Shown here piece after piece: positions 14,998 to 25,943 of a stretch of 64,000 nucleotides of DNA. Numbering within the stretch: the stretch's first letter is position 1; the number at the start of each line of letters is the position of its first letter. Origin of the DNA: an uncultured Planctomycetota bacterium (GTDB lineage: Bacteria; Planctomycetota; Planctomycetia; Isosphaerales; Isosphaeraceae); contig CAWJTV010000012.1 of assembly GCA_963845755.1 (NCBI GenBank), forward strand, positions 138,062 through 202,061, read 5' to 3'. The translations under genes and the position numbers were made by a program. The notes under the pieces are model-generated. The model ran no database searches, was not told the origin of the DNA, and was given only the letters and a program-made list of their open reading frames with translations.

Positions 14998-15750
14998 ATG
15001 GATGGCAGGGACCAGAACCGACGCCTCAAAGAGCTGAACCAGGCTCTACGTGACACCGGCTGTCTGGAGGTGCGCTTTCGACTTTACAAATTCTCGCAGA
15101 GCCTGAACATTTTCCTAAGCAATCACGAGGACTTGGAAAATGCCATCAGTAAGCACGTGTCCTATATACCCTTACTTGATTATTACGACCCCGAATTGAA
15201 TGCCGCCGTGAGCGAGCAGCTCTTTCAGATAATCCGGCATCTCCATAACACGGTCGCCGCCGCGCAATCATTGGTTGATCATACGACCATCTTTTTTCGC
15301 AGGTTTTATCGGGATTCCAACCAGATTCCCGATTATCAAGCTCAAATCGACAGCCGATTCAAGAACCATGGACTGACCCAATTCGTGATCTGCCTGCGGC
15401 AGTTCTGCCAGCACTACCGCAATGTTGCCCTGACGTCGAGCCTACTCTTCGACCACCTGCATCGTCCGCATACTCGAATCATCCGTCTGACCAAGCATGA
15501 CCTGCTGGAATTCGGCAGTTGGAAAGCCGCCGCCAAGCAGTTCCTCAACGGACTCCCCGAAGAGATCGACATCCTCGATATCCTCAGAAACTATAAAAAT
15601 CACATCATAGAATTTTATAATTGGTTCATGTCCCGCTTAAACGATATTCACCAGGAGGATTTCGCCACGTACAACCGTATCATGGATGAAATCGAGCTAT
15701 ACCGTCCACCTCGATTCCCCCTCGCCATCGTTCCGAAATCCAACGATTGA
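14998..15750 (+). CDS. Hypothetical helical protein with a HEPN-like Rx4H motif
   Basis: Intact 250-aa ORF, lower GC than flanks; LHNTVAAAQSLVDH and LRQFCQH. Confidence 0.6.
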   Translation: MDGRDQNRRLKELNQALRDTGCLEVRFRLYKFSQSLNIFLSNHEDLENAISKHVSYIPLLDYYDPELNAAVSEQLFQIIRHLHNTVAAAQSLVDHTTIFFRRFYRDSNQIPDYQAQIDSRFKNHGLTQFVICLRQFCQHYRNVALTSSLLFDHLHRPHTRIIRLTKHDLLEFGSWKAAAKQFLNGLPEEIDILDILRNYKNHIIEFYNWFMSRLNDIHQEDFATYNRIMDEIELYRPPRFPLAIVPKSND

Positions 15751-15758
15751 TGCTCATC

Positions 15759-15916
15759 ATGCCCTCGAAGCCCAAACCTCAGCCACCCGCGCCGTCCAAG
15801 GTCATGAAAGTCACTCTGTGGCTGCGCGTCGAGAACAACAACAAGTACATCCGGGGCAAGAAGAAGGCCCGCCAGGAGATCGAGGACCGCGTCCTCAGCC
15901 GCTACCACATGAAGAA
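15759..15916 (+). pseudogene. Small gene truncated by ISL3
   Basis: KVTLWLRVENNNKYIRGKKKARQEIE...YHMKK runs directly into the ISL3 left IR; its 3' part is not found beyond the element. Confidence 0.5.
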
Positions 15917-17294
15917 GGCTCTTCTGCAAAACGTGTGGGTAGGAAATCGTGTATTGCGGCCCTGAAACCCCTCGTTTGAAGGGCCTTTTGGCTTCTCTTC
16001 GGCGCGAAGAATCTGGCATGATGACCGGATGCGAAAACAACGTCGATTGGAAGATGCGTACCGGTTTATCGGTTTCCGTCCGGACCCCAGGGTCCGTGGC
16101 ATCTTCGGAGATCCCAAGGCGAGGATCGTGCGGCTCCTGCGCCGGGGAAAAAAATGGCCTGCGGCGCCTGTGGGCGGATTCAGCGAACCTTTTACGACCG
16201 CACGACCCGTCGAGTACGCGACCTCTCCTGTGGCGACACCCGGGTCAACCTGGAGTTCGAGGTCCGGCGAGTGTCTTGCCGGAGCTGCGGCGCCGTGAAA
16301 CGGGAGCATCTGCCCTGGTTGGCCAACAACCCTTTCTACACCAAGCGGTTCGCCTTCTATGTGGGGCGGCGCTGTCGGGCCTCGACGGTCCGGGATGTGG
16401 CCCGCGAACTCCGGCTCGATTGGAGAACCGTCAAGGCGCTGGAAATGGAGTACATGGGCGAGCAACTCCGACGCGCCGGGACGCCTGGCCCGAAGGTGAT
16501 CGGCATCGACGAACTCTCCATCGGCAAGGGGCACAACTACCGCATCGTCGTGAGCGATTTGATCCGCGGCCGGCCGATCTGGTTCGGAGGCACGGATCGA
16601 TCCGAGGAGAGCATGGACCTCTTCTTCCAGTGGCTGGGGCCGCGGAAATGCAAGGGAATCCGCCTGACCGTGATGGACATGTGGAAGGCGTTCCGCAACT
16701 CCACCCTCAAGACGGGGAACGCGCCCCAGGCCGGCATCCTCTATGACAAGTTTCACATTCTCAAGCACTTGAACGAGGCCTTGGACAAGGTGCGCAAGAG
16801 CGAGTACGCCCGGCTCTCGGGAAAGGACCGAAAGTTCATCAAGGGCCAGAAGTACACACTGCTGTCCCGCCGGGCCAACTTGTCCCAGGAGGGGCGGCAG
16901 TCGTTGAAGGCGCTGTTCAAGGCCAACAGGAGGTTGAACAAAGCCTACCTCCTCAAGGAGATGTTCGGTCAGCTCTGGGATTACAAGCGGGAGGTATGGG
17001 CGCGGCGATTCTTCGAGCGATGGAAATCGGCCTTGAGGTGGCAACGCCTCAAGCCGTACGAGAAGTTCGCACGGATGGTCGATGAGCACTGGGACGGAAT
17101 CGCGTCGTATTGCCATGAGGAGAACAAGGTGCCCTTGGGTTTCGTCGAAGGGATCAACAACAAGATCCGCGTCATCCAACGACGGGCCTACGGACTTCGA
17201 GACGAAGAATACCTCCGGCTCAAAATCCTCACGTGCATGCTGCCGGAAATCTGAAAATCGGTCCGAAGTTACCCACACGCTTTGCAGAAGAGCC
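15917..17294 (+). mobile_element. ISL3 family insertion sequence
   Basis: IRs GGCTCTTCTGCAAA(A/G)CGTGTGGGTA; ISL3 transposase; no matching target duplication on the flanks. Confidence 0.92.
16029..17254 (+). CDS. ISL3 transposase, probable programmed -1 frameshift at GGA AAA AAA (about 16146-16154)
   Basis: Short ORF ...LLRRGKK joins the -1 frame CGAC...CRSC, IGIDE, MDMWKAF, YDKFH, EGINNKI. Confidence 0.9.
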
Positions 17295-17302
17295 CAAAAA
17301 AA

Positions 17303-19013
17303 CTAGGATAGCAAAAGTAGCTGGGAAGCCCCTCGGCTTGGTATAATGGACGTAAGAACAGAACAGAGCAGAGGAGGCTTTCCATGCGCAACCCACAAAC
17401 GACGACCTCGACCGCAACCCGATCGCGCCTTAACCCTCACTCCGGTCCTCTTGAACTGCCCCGAGTGCCAGCACCGGACCGGTGCCGACTACAACAACTT
17501 TCGCACCATCAGCACCCTCGACGGCGTCTTCCGGCTGACCCTGACGATCCGACGCTGCCCCAATCCCGCCTGCTCCCGCTTCCTGAGACCCTACCGCCCT
17601 GAGGCTGAGCCCCACTTCGCCTTGCCCTATCACGAGTTCGGCCTCGACGTCATGGCCCTGGTGGGCCGGCTCCGCTATGCCGAGCACCGCAGCATCCCCG
17701 AGATCCACCGCGAGCTCACGCACCGCGGGCTCATCCTGGCCGAACGCACCGTCACCAACCTGTTGGACCGCTACGACGAGCTGCGGTCCCTGGCCACGGC
17801 CGATCCCCAGCGACTCGGTCCGCTGTTGCGCCCGCAGGGCCGCGTCATCCTGGCCATCGACGGCCTGCAGCCGGATGTCGGCCACGAGGTCCTCTGGGTG
17901 CTGCGCGACTGCCTCTCCGGCGAGATCCTCCTGGCCAAGAGCCTGCTGTCGTCCACGGCCCAGGACCTGGCCGGCCTGATCGACCAGGTGCGGAAGGTCC
18001 TGCCGGTGCCGATCACCGGCGTGGTCTCCGACGGTCAGGAGAGCATCCGCAACGCCGTGGCTATCGCCCTCAAAGGTGTCCCCCATCAGCTCTGCCATTT
18101 CCACTACCTCCGCGAGGCGGCCAAGCCGATCTACGAGGCGGATCGCCACGCCAAGAAGGAGTTGAAGAAGCGGGTGCGGGGCATCCGGAAGATCGAGCGT
18201 GCGGCGGAGAAGGAGCTGGAGGACGACGCGGAGGACGCGGAGGCGGAGGTGGTGCGGGACTACTGCGCCGCGGTGCGCGGGGCCTTGACCGACGACGGAC
18301 TGCCACCGCTTTCGGCCTCCGGGCTGAAGCGGCAGGATCGATTGAGCCGGATTGCCGCCAACTTGGACGATGTCGTCGCCAAGGCGGGCGACCTGCCCGG
18401 GGGTTTGAAACGGCTGAGGCAATTGCTGCGGCGCGGGCTGGAGGAGACGGCCGCGCTGTTCCCGGCGGTGCGCGAGTCGTACCAATGGGTCAAGCGCGCC
18501 GCCCGGATCCTCAAGAACGAGGAGGGGCTGCCGGCGAAGAAGGTGCGGCGGCGGCTGGTGCAACTGCTGGCGCAAATGCGCCGGGCGGTGGCGACGACAG
18601 ACGAGCCCACGGTGCGGGCGGGTTTGAAGCAGTTCGTGAAGGTGACCCGGAGCTACTGGCCGGGCTTGTTTGCCTGCTACGAGTCGTCGGATCTGCCGCG
18701 GACGAATAACGACCTGGAGCACACCTTCGGCAGTCATCGCTACCACGAGCGCCGGGCCAGCGGTCGGCGTCGGGGGTCGCCGGGCCTGGTGGTGATGGGC
18801 TCGGCGCGGGTGATCTCGGGGCTGGCGACGCGGCTGCGGCCGGACGAAGGCTTGGTGCTGAGCCCGGGCTATGTTGAGGATTGGAAGGGACTGCGCGCGG
18901 AACTGGAGGCGCGGCGGGAATCGCGGCGGAAGCAACGCCGGTTCCGCCACAATCCCGATGCCTACCTCAAGGACTTGGAGCACCGCTGCCTCCAGCTAAC
19001 TTTGCCAGCCTAG
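17303..19013 (+). mobile_element. Poly(A)-targeting IS with Mutator-like DDE transposase, copy 1
   Basis: IRs CTAGGATAGCAAAAGTAGCTGG / CTAGGCTGGCAAAGTTAGCTGG; A7 on both flanks (17296-17302, 19014-19020); ORF 17346-19013 with AIDG, VSDG, QLCHFH, PRTNNDLE; stop codon is the terminal TAG. Confidence 0.9.
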
Positions 19014-19606
19014 AAAAAAACAACGATTCGGTCGGCCATCATCCCCCGCGATGCCAACGTGGACGTGACCCCAAGACGATGAATCGCGTTGACCGCCGCC
19101 ATCCGGTAATGGGGCTTATGTTAGGTCATGAACAGTCCTGAAGGATATGCGGACTTTGCGGGCGGACATTCGACCGCGAGTGGCTAGCGGCCGTGTACGG
19201 GGCTCACGCCCGAAAGATCGTCGGTATCGGTTCGACCGACGCACGTTCAAAGTATGCTCGCGGCTCGATGAAAACGGTACGCTTGTCACTCTCGGCCCGC
19301 GAATACGGGTACTCCGATCCGACCCCCTTGACGTCCCGGCGTCCCGGAGATAACATCTCGCCTAACTTAATAGGTTAGGCATCCGGCAGTTGCGGAGCAG
19401 TAGAGCACGCGGTCCAGCCATCGAGTTCCCCGGTAGCTGGCGCGATCTCTTTGCAGCGAACGGGTGAATCTCAGGCGACCTCTGTTGTCCGGATGCCTTG
19501 GCCGGCCGGGCTGGGCCACCGCCGCGATGCTTAACCGCGTCGATCCGGTTCGGGACAACGACAGGGCCCGATCATCCAGGCCGGGCGGACCGCAGGAACC
19601 TCCGTC

Positions 19607-19819
19607 ATGCTCGACCACTTCCGGCGTCCCGGCCAGCCCCTTAACTTTCTCCCGAGGGCGGTCCGGCTGCTGGGGCGATCCGAGGGCCGGATGAGACCCG
19701 GCCACCTCTACGAGCTGCGCGTGCGGCACGATGACTGGTGCCACCACTGGGGCGGCGGGGCCTGCGACTGCGATCCGGATTGCAGCCTGGTCGAGGTCGG
19801 CACTCCTGAGCGGAACTAG
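19607..19819 (+). CDS. Small Cys/His-rich hypothetical protein
   Basis: 70 aa, HDDWCHHWGGGACDCDPDC; AGGA upstream. Confidence 0.45.
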   Translation: MLDHFRRPGQPLNFLPRAVRLLGRSEGRMRPGHLYELRVRHDDWCHHWGGGACDCDPDCSLVEVGTPERN

Positions 19820-21341
19820 CCGACTCGATCGCGACCCCTCGGGGATCCCGCGCCGGCGAGCCGGCGAGGTCTCACGGCCGACCGGCCAGACACTCGCCGA
19901 GGGCGTCGGCCATCCGCTGGAAGACGCCAACCCAGTCCCCGCGCGTCGCCTGCCGGAACAGGCGGGCGCTCGAATACCAGGGTGAGTCGTCCCGGTCGAG
20001 CAGCCAGCGCCACTCGGCGCAATGGGATAGCGCGATCCATGTCGGCCGCCCCAGGCCGCCCGCGCAATGGGCGACCGAGCTATCCGGGCTGATGACCAAG
20101 TCGAGCTGGCTGATGATCGCGGCGGTGTGGAGCCAGTCTCCGACCTGGTACTCGAAGCCGAGGTCCACGACTGGGAATCCCGACGCGGCGAGCTGCTCGC
20201 ACCCGGGGCCCTTCTGCAGGCTGACCAGCGCCACACTCGGGACGGCCGCCAGCGGCGCCAGGTGCTCCAGGCGGAACGATCGCCTGGCGTCGGCCGCGTG
20301 CCGTGGATGTCCCTGCCAGCAGACGCCGACCCGGAATCCGCCGCGGGCCGCTCCCACTGAGCCCCTCCATCGCCCGGTCGTCTCGCTGTCCGGCGACAGA
20401 TAGGGCTCGCCACCCCGCATCGTCTCCGGGGTCACCCCGAGGGCCGCCGCCAGGCCCAGGACGGTCGCCTGGGCCGCGGCCGGCGACAGGTCGCCCGGGT
20501 CGGTTGCGACCCGGTCGATCCCGCGGCAACGCCCCAACAGCCGGGCCTCGGCCGGGCGGCAGAGCAGCACGATCTCGCGCACCCGTCGAACGCGCCTCGG
20601 CCGCGAAGCGGATCGCCATCAGGGCGTCGCCGTATCCATCCGTCGTGGTATTGAGCGCCAGCGTGCCGTCCAGCGGCTCGCCGCGCCAACTCGCGACCCC
20701 GGGGAGCCGGATGCCTCCGGCGGCGGGCGCCTCGTGCCGCAGCTCCAGCGCCGGCCAGCCAGCGTCGAAGTCGCCCAGCTTCAGCTTGAGGAGCCCGCGC
20801 CGAAGCGGACGGCGGCAGTCGCCGCCGCGGGGACGTCCCGCACGAACGCGTCGTAAGCGATCGCGGCCTCCCGGGGATGGCCGGCCCACTCCAGGGCCTG
20901 AGCCATCCGTTCCAGCAGCGCCGCGTCGCCGGGCCTGAGCCGCAGGGCCTCGCGGAATTCGGCGGCCGCGGCGACGTGGTCGTGCAGGCCATCGCGCAGG
21001 AGATGGGCGAGGTTGACGCGCGCCGGGTACGACCCGGGTTCGAGCCGGATCGCGGCGCGGTACTCGACCGCCGCTGCATCCAGTCCTCCCAGGAGCTGCC
21101 AGGCGATGCCGAGGTTGTTGTGGGCCCCCGGCAGCGTCGGATCGAGCCGGATGGCCTCGCGGAGCTCGATGATGGCCTGCCGTGGGTGCCCGTCGCGGAT
21201 CAGGGCGAAACCCTGGTTATTGAGGTCCTTGGCCCGGGCGGAGCGGTCGGCGGGGGTCGGGACGATCGCCGACCGGTCCGTCGGCTGGGGGCCGCCCGCA
21301 CGGCGATCCCGCTCGCGGAGGCGTCTCTTCGGCTGGCGCAT
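19816..21341 (-). CDS. TPR-repeat GT9-like glycosyltransferase, frameshifted
   Basis: TPRs (AHNNLG, ARVNLA), LGDFDAGW, GYGDALMAIRF, RVGVCWQGHP, DLVISPDSSVAHCAGGLGRPTW, DSPWYSSARLFRQ across three ORFs. Confidence 0.85.
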
Positions 21342-21659
21342 GGTCACCCCCGCCCGGTCCCGAAGGGCGCCGGATCCCGGGCCGTTCGAGCCGGATTCGC
21401 CGTGCGGGCGGCCCGCGGTCGGCGGACCACCGCATCGCGAATCCGGCTTGGGGCACCGGTCACCTCTCCGGGTCCCGCAGCCATCCGGCGGTCTACCGGG
21501 TCATCTCCCCGAGCCGCTCCCCCCGGGCCGGCCGGTCGGCCGCCGAGGTTTGCGGGCCCGGGCCTCTATGTGACACGAGTCGGAGGCAACCTTATCACAA
21601 CTGTCCGAGTATGCCAAGGCTTCCCGGCACGTGCCCGGGTCCATCACAGTGACCCGGAT

Positions 21660-22324
21660 TCAAGAAGGCGCCGCCGCCGCTAGTGACCTACCTTGAGAAG
21701 CCCGAGATCGAGGCCATACTAGCGGCCCCCGATGTCCGCACGGCTCAGGGGTTTAAGGACTACGCGGTGCTTCTGTTTCTGTACAACACGGGCGCCCGGG
21801 CGGATGAGGCCGCTCACGTGTTGATCGGCGATCTTGAACTCGGACCCATGCCAAAACGAGACATCTCTGCCGTCCTCATCCGGGGCAAAGGCGACAAGCG
21901 GCGACGTTGCCCCTTATGGGCCAGGACGGTCACTGAGTTGGTCTCGTTCATCGCCAACAGTAGGCCCGAAGAGCATGTTTTCCTCAACCGCCGTGGAGAA
22001 CCGCTGACCCGCTTCGGTGTGCACGCGCTTGTCGAGCGCCACGCTCGAAGGGCAGCGGCGAAGTTACCCTCGCTGGCGAGCAAGCGCGTCGGCCCGCACA
22101 CGATCCGGCACACGACGGCAACGCATCTCTTGCGGGCCGGAGTGGACATCAACACGATCCGAGCATGGTTGGGGCACGCTTCACTGGCCACCACGAACAT
22201 GTACGCGGAAGTCGATCTGGAGATGAAGGCGAGGGCCCTGGAGACCTGCGAAATCAAAGGGGAGCGGGGCCGGAAGGCGTGGCGCCAGAACGCGGGCGTG
22301 ATGGAGTTCTTGAGAAACCTGTAG
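21660..22324 (+). pseudogene. Tyrosine recombinase, catalytic half only (RIT-like)
   Basis: LYNTGAR, GKGDK, HTIRH, WLGH, TNMY; frame begins abruptly at FKKAPPPLVTYL with no N-terminal binding domain. Confidence 0.8.
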
Positions 22325-22556
22325 GAGTCTCACCCCTCCGAGGATCTGCCCGTACCCCGACCGCGAGTCAACGTGTCTACCTGGTTCTTTAACAGCAATA
22401 TCGATCTGCGATAATCGTTCCGTCCCTTTTTCGACTTCCCTCGGGCCAGCCACCCGACACGACGTAATCCACTCGATCACAATGCGGAGTCCAGCCCCAG
22501 CCGTCGAGCGGTTTTCGGGCGAACGCGTTCCTCGGCTCGTCATTGAGCGCCTCATC

Positions 22557-25421
22557 TCACGATGGGGGCTTGCCGATCCTGACGTCGCCGAGCTCCACAT
22601 TCTCGCCGGGTTTGACGGTGAAATCCCGGGAAGGCTCCGAGGTCCGGTACGTCGCGCCGGGGATCAAGGCGGGGAAAGTCAGTCGTCCCTGAGCATCCGA
22701 CAAGCGAACTTGCCTGTAGTGGATCGGGTCGATGACCTGCAACAACTCCGTTTCGGCCGAGAGACGATCGCCCACCGCAAGTCCGCGTTGGTCGAGCGGG
22801 CCGGGAGCGACGACCAACGTGAGCCAGATCAGCCCGCGATTCCCTTCGATCGGCTTGCCGCTCGAGTCGAGCAGCCGCTGAGTGGCCGTGCCGCACGGCT
22901 CGAGCCGGATCGTAACCGGTCCGCCGTCTGCCGACTTGCCAGAGAGATAGGCCGTCGCGCCGAGCTGTCGCTTTGGTTCGAGGAAATAGACGGGGATCGC
23001 AACCTCCGGGGCAAGGCCGTGGATCGTGAAGCGACCGTTGCGGACCACGCCGTGGTCGCCGGACCGCCAATGGCGCCATGGCACGATGGACCGAGTCAAG
23101 ATGACCGGGCTGACCATCGAGACGTCCTGGACCGCCTGACCGTCCGGCCCGATGACTTGACCGCTTACGCTGACGCCTCGGCGGAGTACAGCGTTGATTT
23201 CAAGGGCCTCCTTGCCTGGCTTCGGGTCGCAGGCGATGAAAGCGTGTGAGTAAAAGCGTCGGCCGCCAGGCTTGCCATCGGTCAGCATCCGATGACCGAT
23301 CTCCTGAAGAACGTATTCGTCACTGGGGCCCTCGATCACGACATAACCCGGGGCCGGTGGAACTGCGAGGCGGAACGAGCCATCGGGTCCGGAGCGGCTC
23401 TTCGAGATGAGCGGTGTCGGCACGTCTGCCCAGCGATCTGGATTGAACCATACTCTCGCGTCCGCGACCGGCTTGCCGGATCCTTGCTCGGTGATCTTGC
23501 CACGGATAAGGATGCCGGGGGGCAACGCCAGATCTACCGAGTGCTCGACCGACCCCTTGGGCCACTCGAATCGTTTGGTGTCGGTTAAGTAGGGCTGTCC
23601 TTCCGGTGCAAAGGCCGATATATGAAAGCTGTCACCGGGCGAAGGATTCACGCGGAACCGCCCTCCGCCGTCGGTCTCGAATTCCATCGGGTACATCTGG
23701 TTCCCCTTGACGGCCCCGACCTCGAGCAAGGTGTGAGCAACCGGCTTGCCGGTGTCCGCATAAGTGACGCGCCCGGTGACGGTCTGAGGGGGTAGGAGCG
23801 TCCTCGTCAGTTGCTTTGGATCGGGAGTACGATCCGTTTCGACTTCAATTCTTTGCAGGCCAAAGCGCGGGTCATTGACGGAGAGGAAGACGAGCAGTTC
23901 CTGGCCCACCCCGCGCAGGGTGAATCGGCCGTCGGAGTCGGTGCTCACCGGCTTGGGCCACCCGGAGAAGTCGTTGGCACGAATCCATGGGAAGAAAACG
24001 CCGTCGGGGGATTGAGGAAGCCGCGGGTTAAACCGCGGGCCTACAACACTGACCGACGAAACCGAGACACTGACGCCGCGAGCGGGCCTTCCTTGCACGT
24101 CGAATAGGCGGCCTTGGATCAGTTGCTCCGGTCGGAGCCTGATGTCGGCGGCCGGCTGATCGGCGTCGAGGTCGAGCTGGACCCAGCCGACACCGTAGCC
24201 CGGCGCCAGGGCGACAGCGCAGAACGTGTCATACCGTGCCGACGAAGTTCGCGGCGCGTCGAGTCGATACAGCCCCGAGCTGTCACTGCCACCGTGACCG
24301 ATCGGAATCGAATGCCAGCTCACCATTTGGTCGACACGACTCGACATTTTCAGGCGGGCGTGGACCATGACCGTTGCATTCGGCACCGGCTTTCCGTGAG
24401 GGTCGAGAACGCGGCCAGTAACGAACATTCGGCCCGGACCTGGGACATCGGACTTGGCCGCTGGCGGCGGCTGCCCGGTCTTGCGCGGTGCCTTTGGCTC
24501 ATCATTCATCGCAAGAGAATTGGATAGATAAAGGCCGCCGGTGGCGACGGCGCCGAGGAACAACGCGGTCACGGCGGCCAGCTTCAGCTTGTGGATCAGC
24601 ATGGATCTCAATACCTCGTGCGCCAGGGCTATCGTTGAGGCGGAAAGGGCATCGACCGCCGCCGGTCCGGCCGCGAAGCGGACTGCGGCCCGCGTCGTCA
24701 TCTCGAACAGAGCGGATGAAACCGACGCCGACGCCGGCCGCGAGTCGAGCACGGCAGCTACCGCAGCGGCGGGCGCCACAATGCCGCGGCGCATCAGGCC
24801 ACGGCGGAGCTTTTCGCGCGCCCGGGCCATGCGGCTGCGGACCGTGCCATGCGACCAGCGGAGCTGCCGGGCCGCCTCGCGGACCGTCAAACCTTCGAGG
24901 TAGCACAGCACGACCGGCAGACGGAACCTGTCCGGCAGTCGCGCGATCTCGCCGTGCAGCGCCTTCGCGTGCTCGCGGGCCATGATCGCCTCGTCGGCCG
25001 GCGGGACCGTCGGCTCGGCAGGCGCCTTTGAGCCGGCGCGCATCATGGTGCCGATCTCCTCATTCTTGCGTCGGTGAGCGAGCCGCAGCCGGGCACACCG
25101 GGCCGTACGGGACGCAACACCATAGAGCCAGTTGCACAGACGGTCGCCGTTCCGGATTGAGCGTGCCCTCCGAGCCAGCACCAGGAACGTGGCTTGGAAG
25201 GCGTCTTCGGCCAGGTGTTGGTCATCGAGGAGGTGCCGGCAAACGCCGAGCACCATCGGCCCGTGCCGCACCACCAGTGCAGAGAAGGCCGCCTCGCCGC
25301 CCGTGTCCCGCCCAGCGTTGAATCGCTCCAGGAGTTGGCGGTCGGAGAGCCCGACCACGGAACCCTCCTCGAAGAGCGTCCCGATCTGCTGGGCCACGGC
25401 CCCGATTTCTAATTGCCCCAT
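22557..25421 (-). CDS. ECF sigma-70 factor with TM helix and carboxypeptidase-regulatory-like repeats
   Basis: SDRQLLERF, RHGPMVLGVCR, AEDAFQATFLVL, VVLCYLEG, GTVRSRMARAR; TM; repeated GRVLDPHGKPV-type units. Confidence 0.92.
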   Translation of the reverse strand: MGQLEIGAVAQQIGTLFEEGSVVGLSDRQLLERFNAGRDTGGEAAFSALVVRHGPMVLGVCRHLLDDQHLAEDAFQATFLVLARRARSIRNGDRLCNWLYGVASRTARCARLRLAHRRKNEEIGTMMRAGSKAPAEPTVPPADEAIMAREHAKALHGEIARLPDRFRLPVVLCYLEGLTVREAARQLRWSHGTVRSRMARAREKLRRGLMRRGIVAPAAAVAAVLDSRPASASVSSALFEMTTRAAVRFAAGPAAVDALSASTIALAHEVLRSMLIHKLKLAAVTALFLGAVATGGLYLSNSLAMNDEPKAPRKTGQPPPAAKSDVPGPGRMFVTGRVLDPHGKPVPNATVMVHARLKMSSRVDQMVSWHSIPIGHGGSDSSGLYRLDAPRTSSARYDTFCAVALAPGYGVGWVQLDLDADQPAADIRLRPEQLIQGRLFDVQGRPARGVSVSVSSVSVVGPRFNPRLPQSPDGVFFPWIRANDFSGWPKPVSTDSDGRFTLRGVGQELLVFLSVNDPRFGLQRIEVETDRTPDPKQLTRTLLPPQTVTGRVTYADTGKPVAHTLLEVGAVKGNQMYPMEFETDGGGRFRVNPSPGDSFHISAFAPEGQPYLTDTKRFEWPKGSVEHSVDLALPPGILIRGKITEQGSGKPVADARVWFNPDRWADVPTPLISKSRSGPDGSFRLAVPPAPGYVVIEGPSDEYVLQEIGHRMLTDGKPGGRRFYSHAFIACDPKPGKEALEINAVLRRGVSVSGQVIGPDGQAVQDVSMVSPVILTRSIVPWRHWRSGDHGVVRNGRFTIHGLAPEVAIPVYFLEPKRQLGATAYLSGKSADGGPVTIRLEPCGTATQRLLDSSGKPIEGNRGLIWLTLVVAPGPLDQRGLAVGDRLSAETELLQVIDPIHYRQVRLSDAQGRLTFPALIPGATYRTSEPSRDFTVKPGENVELGDVRIGKPPS

Positions 25422-25622
25422 GTTCGCCGATTCCCCGGAGGCCGCGACCGGTGCGCCCAATGTCAACTCGTCCCGCCGCAATATACTGTCGCGCCCTCCG
25501 CCATCGTATCCCGCAGCCGACTTCAGAATTCGCAATTCTTGGCAAACGGGCTGGACGCGTTATCCTGGTAGTCGTGCGCTCATAAGCTCGCTGAGGTCGA
25601 AGTACGGACGCGCTTTTCGTTG

Positions 25623-25712
25623 ATAGGGGTAGGGAGCGCCGATTGGTCTCAGCCCCCCCTCCCTCCAAACCGTGCAGGCGGATCTCCCGCACACGGCTTT
25701 CCAGTCAGTGGT
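25623..25712 (-). ncRNA. Group II intron 3' remnant (domains V and VI)
   Basis: Minus strand reads GAAAGCCGTGTGCGGGAGATCCGCCTGCACGGTTTG (DV, AGC triad), then GGAGGGGGGGC...GCTCCCTACCCCTAT (DVI, bulged A, AY end). Confidence 0.85.
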
Positions 25713-25943
25713 TTTACTTGACTCGGTGCTCATTGAGAGCGTCGAGTATGCTCAGTTCGCTCAGGGAGTCAGCGAACGGCAGGCTTCCTCCGGCATTGCT
25801 TGCCTTCGCCGATCCTGGCCCGGTTTCCACCACCACATTCCATGCAATCCCGAGGCTCTCCACCGCGTCATTACTCGGCGTCATTGCTCGGTACGATTCC
25901 CCGCTCACGGCCACGCTCGAGAATATCCCAGCAACGGTCCAGG

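Noticed and set aside
19360..22324. Integron (attC-like cores plus tyrosine recombinase)
   Set aside because: Cores only 7 nt apart, no cassette array, and the recombinase is a truncated RIT-like fragment without evident IntI features.
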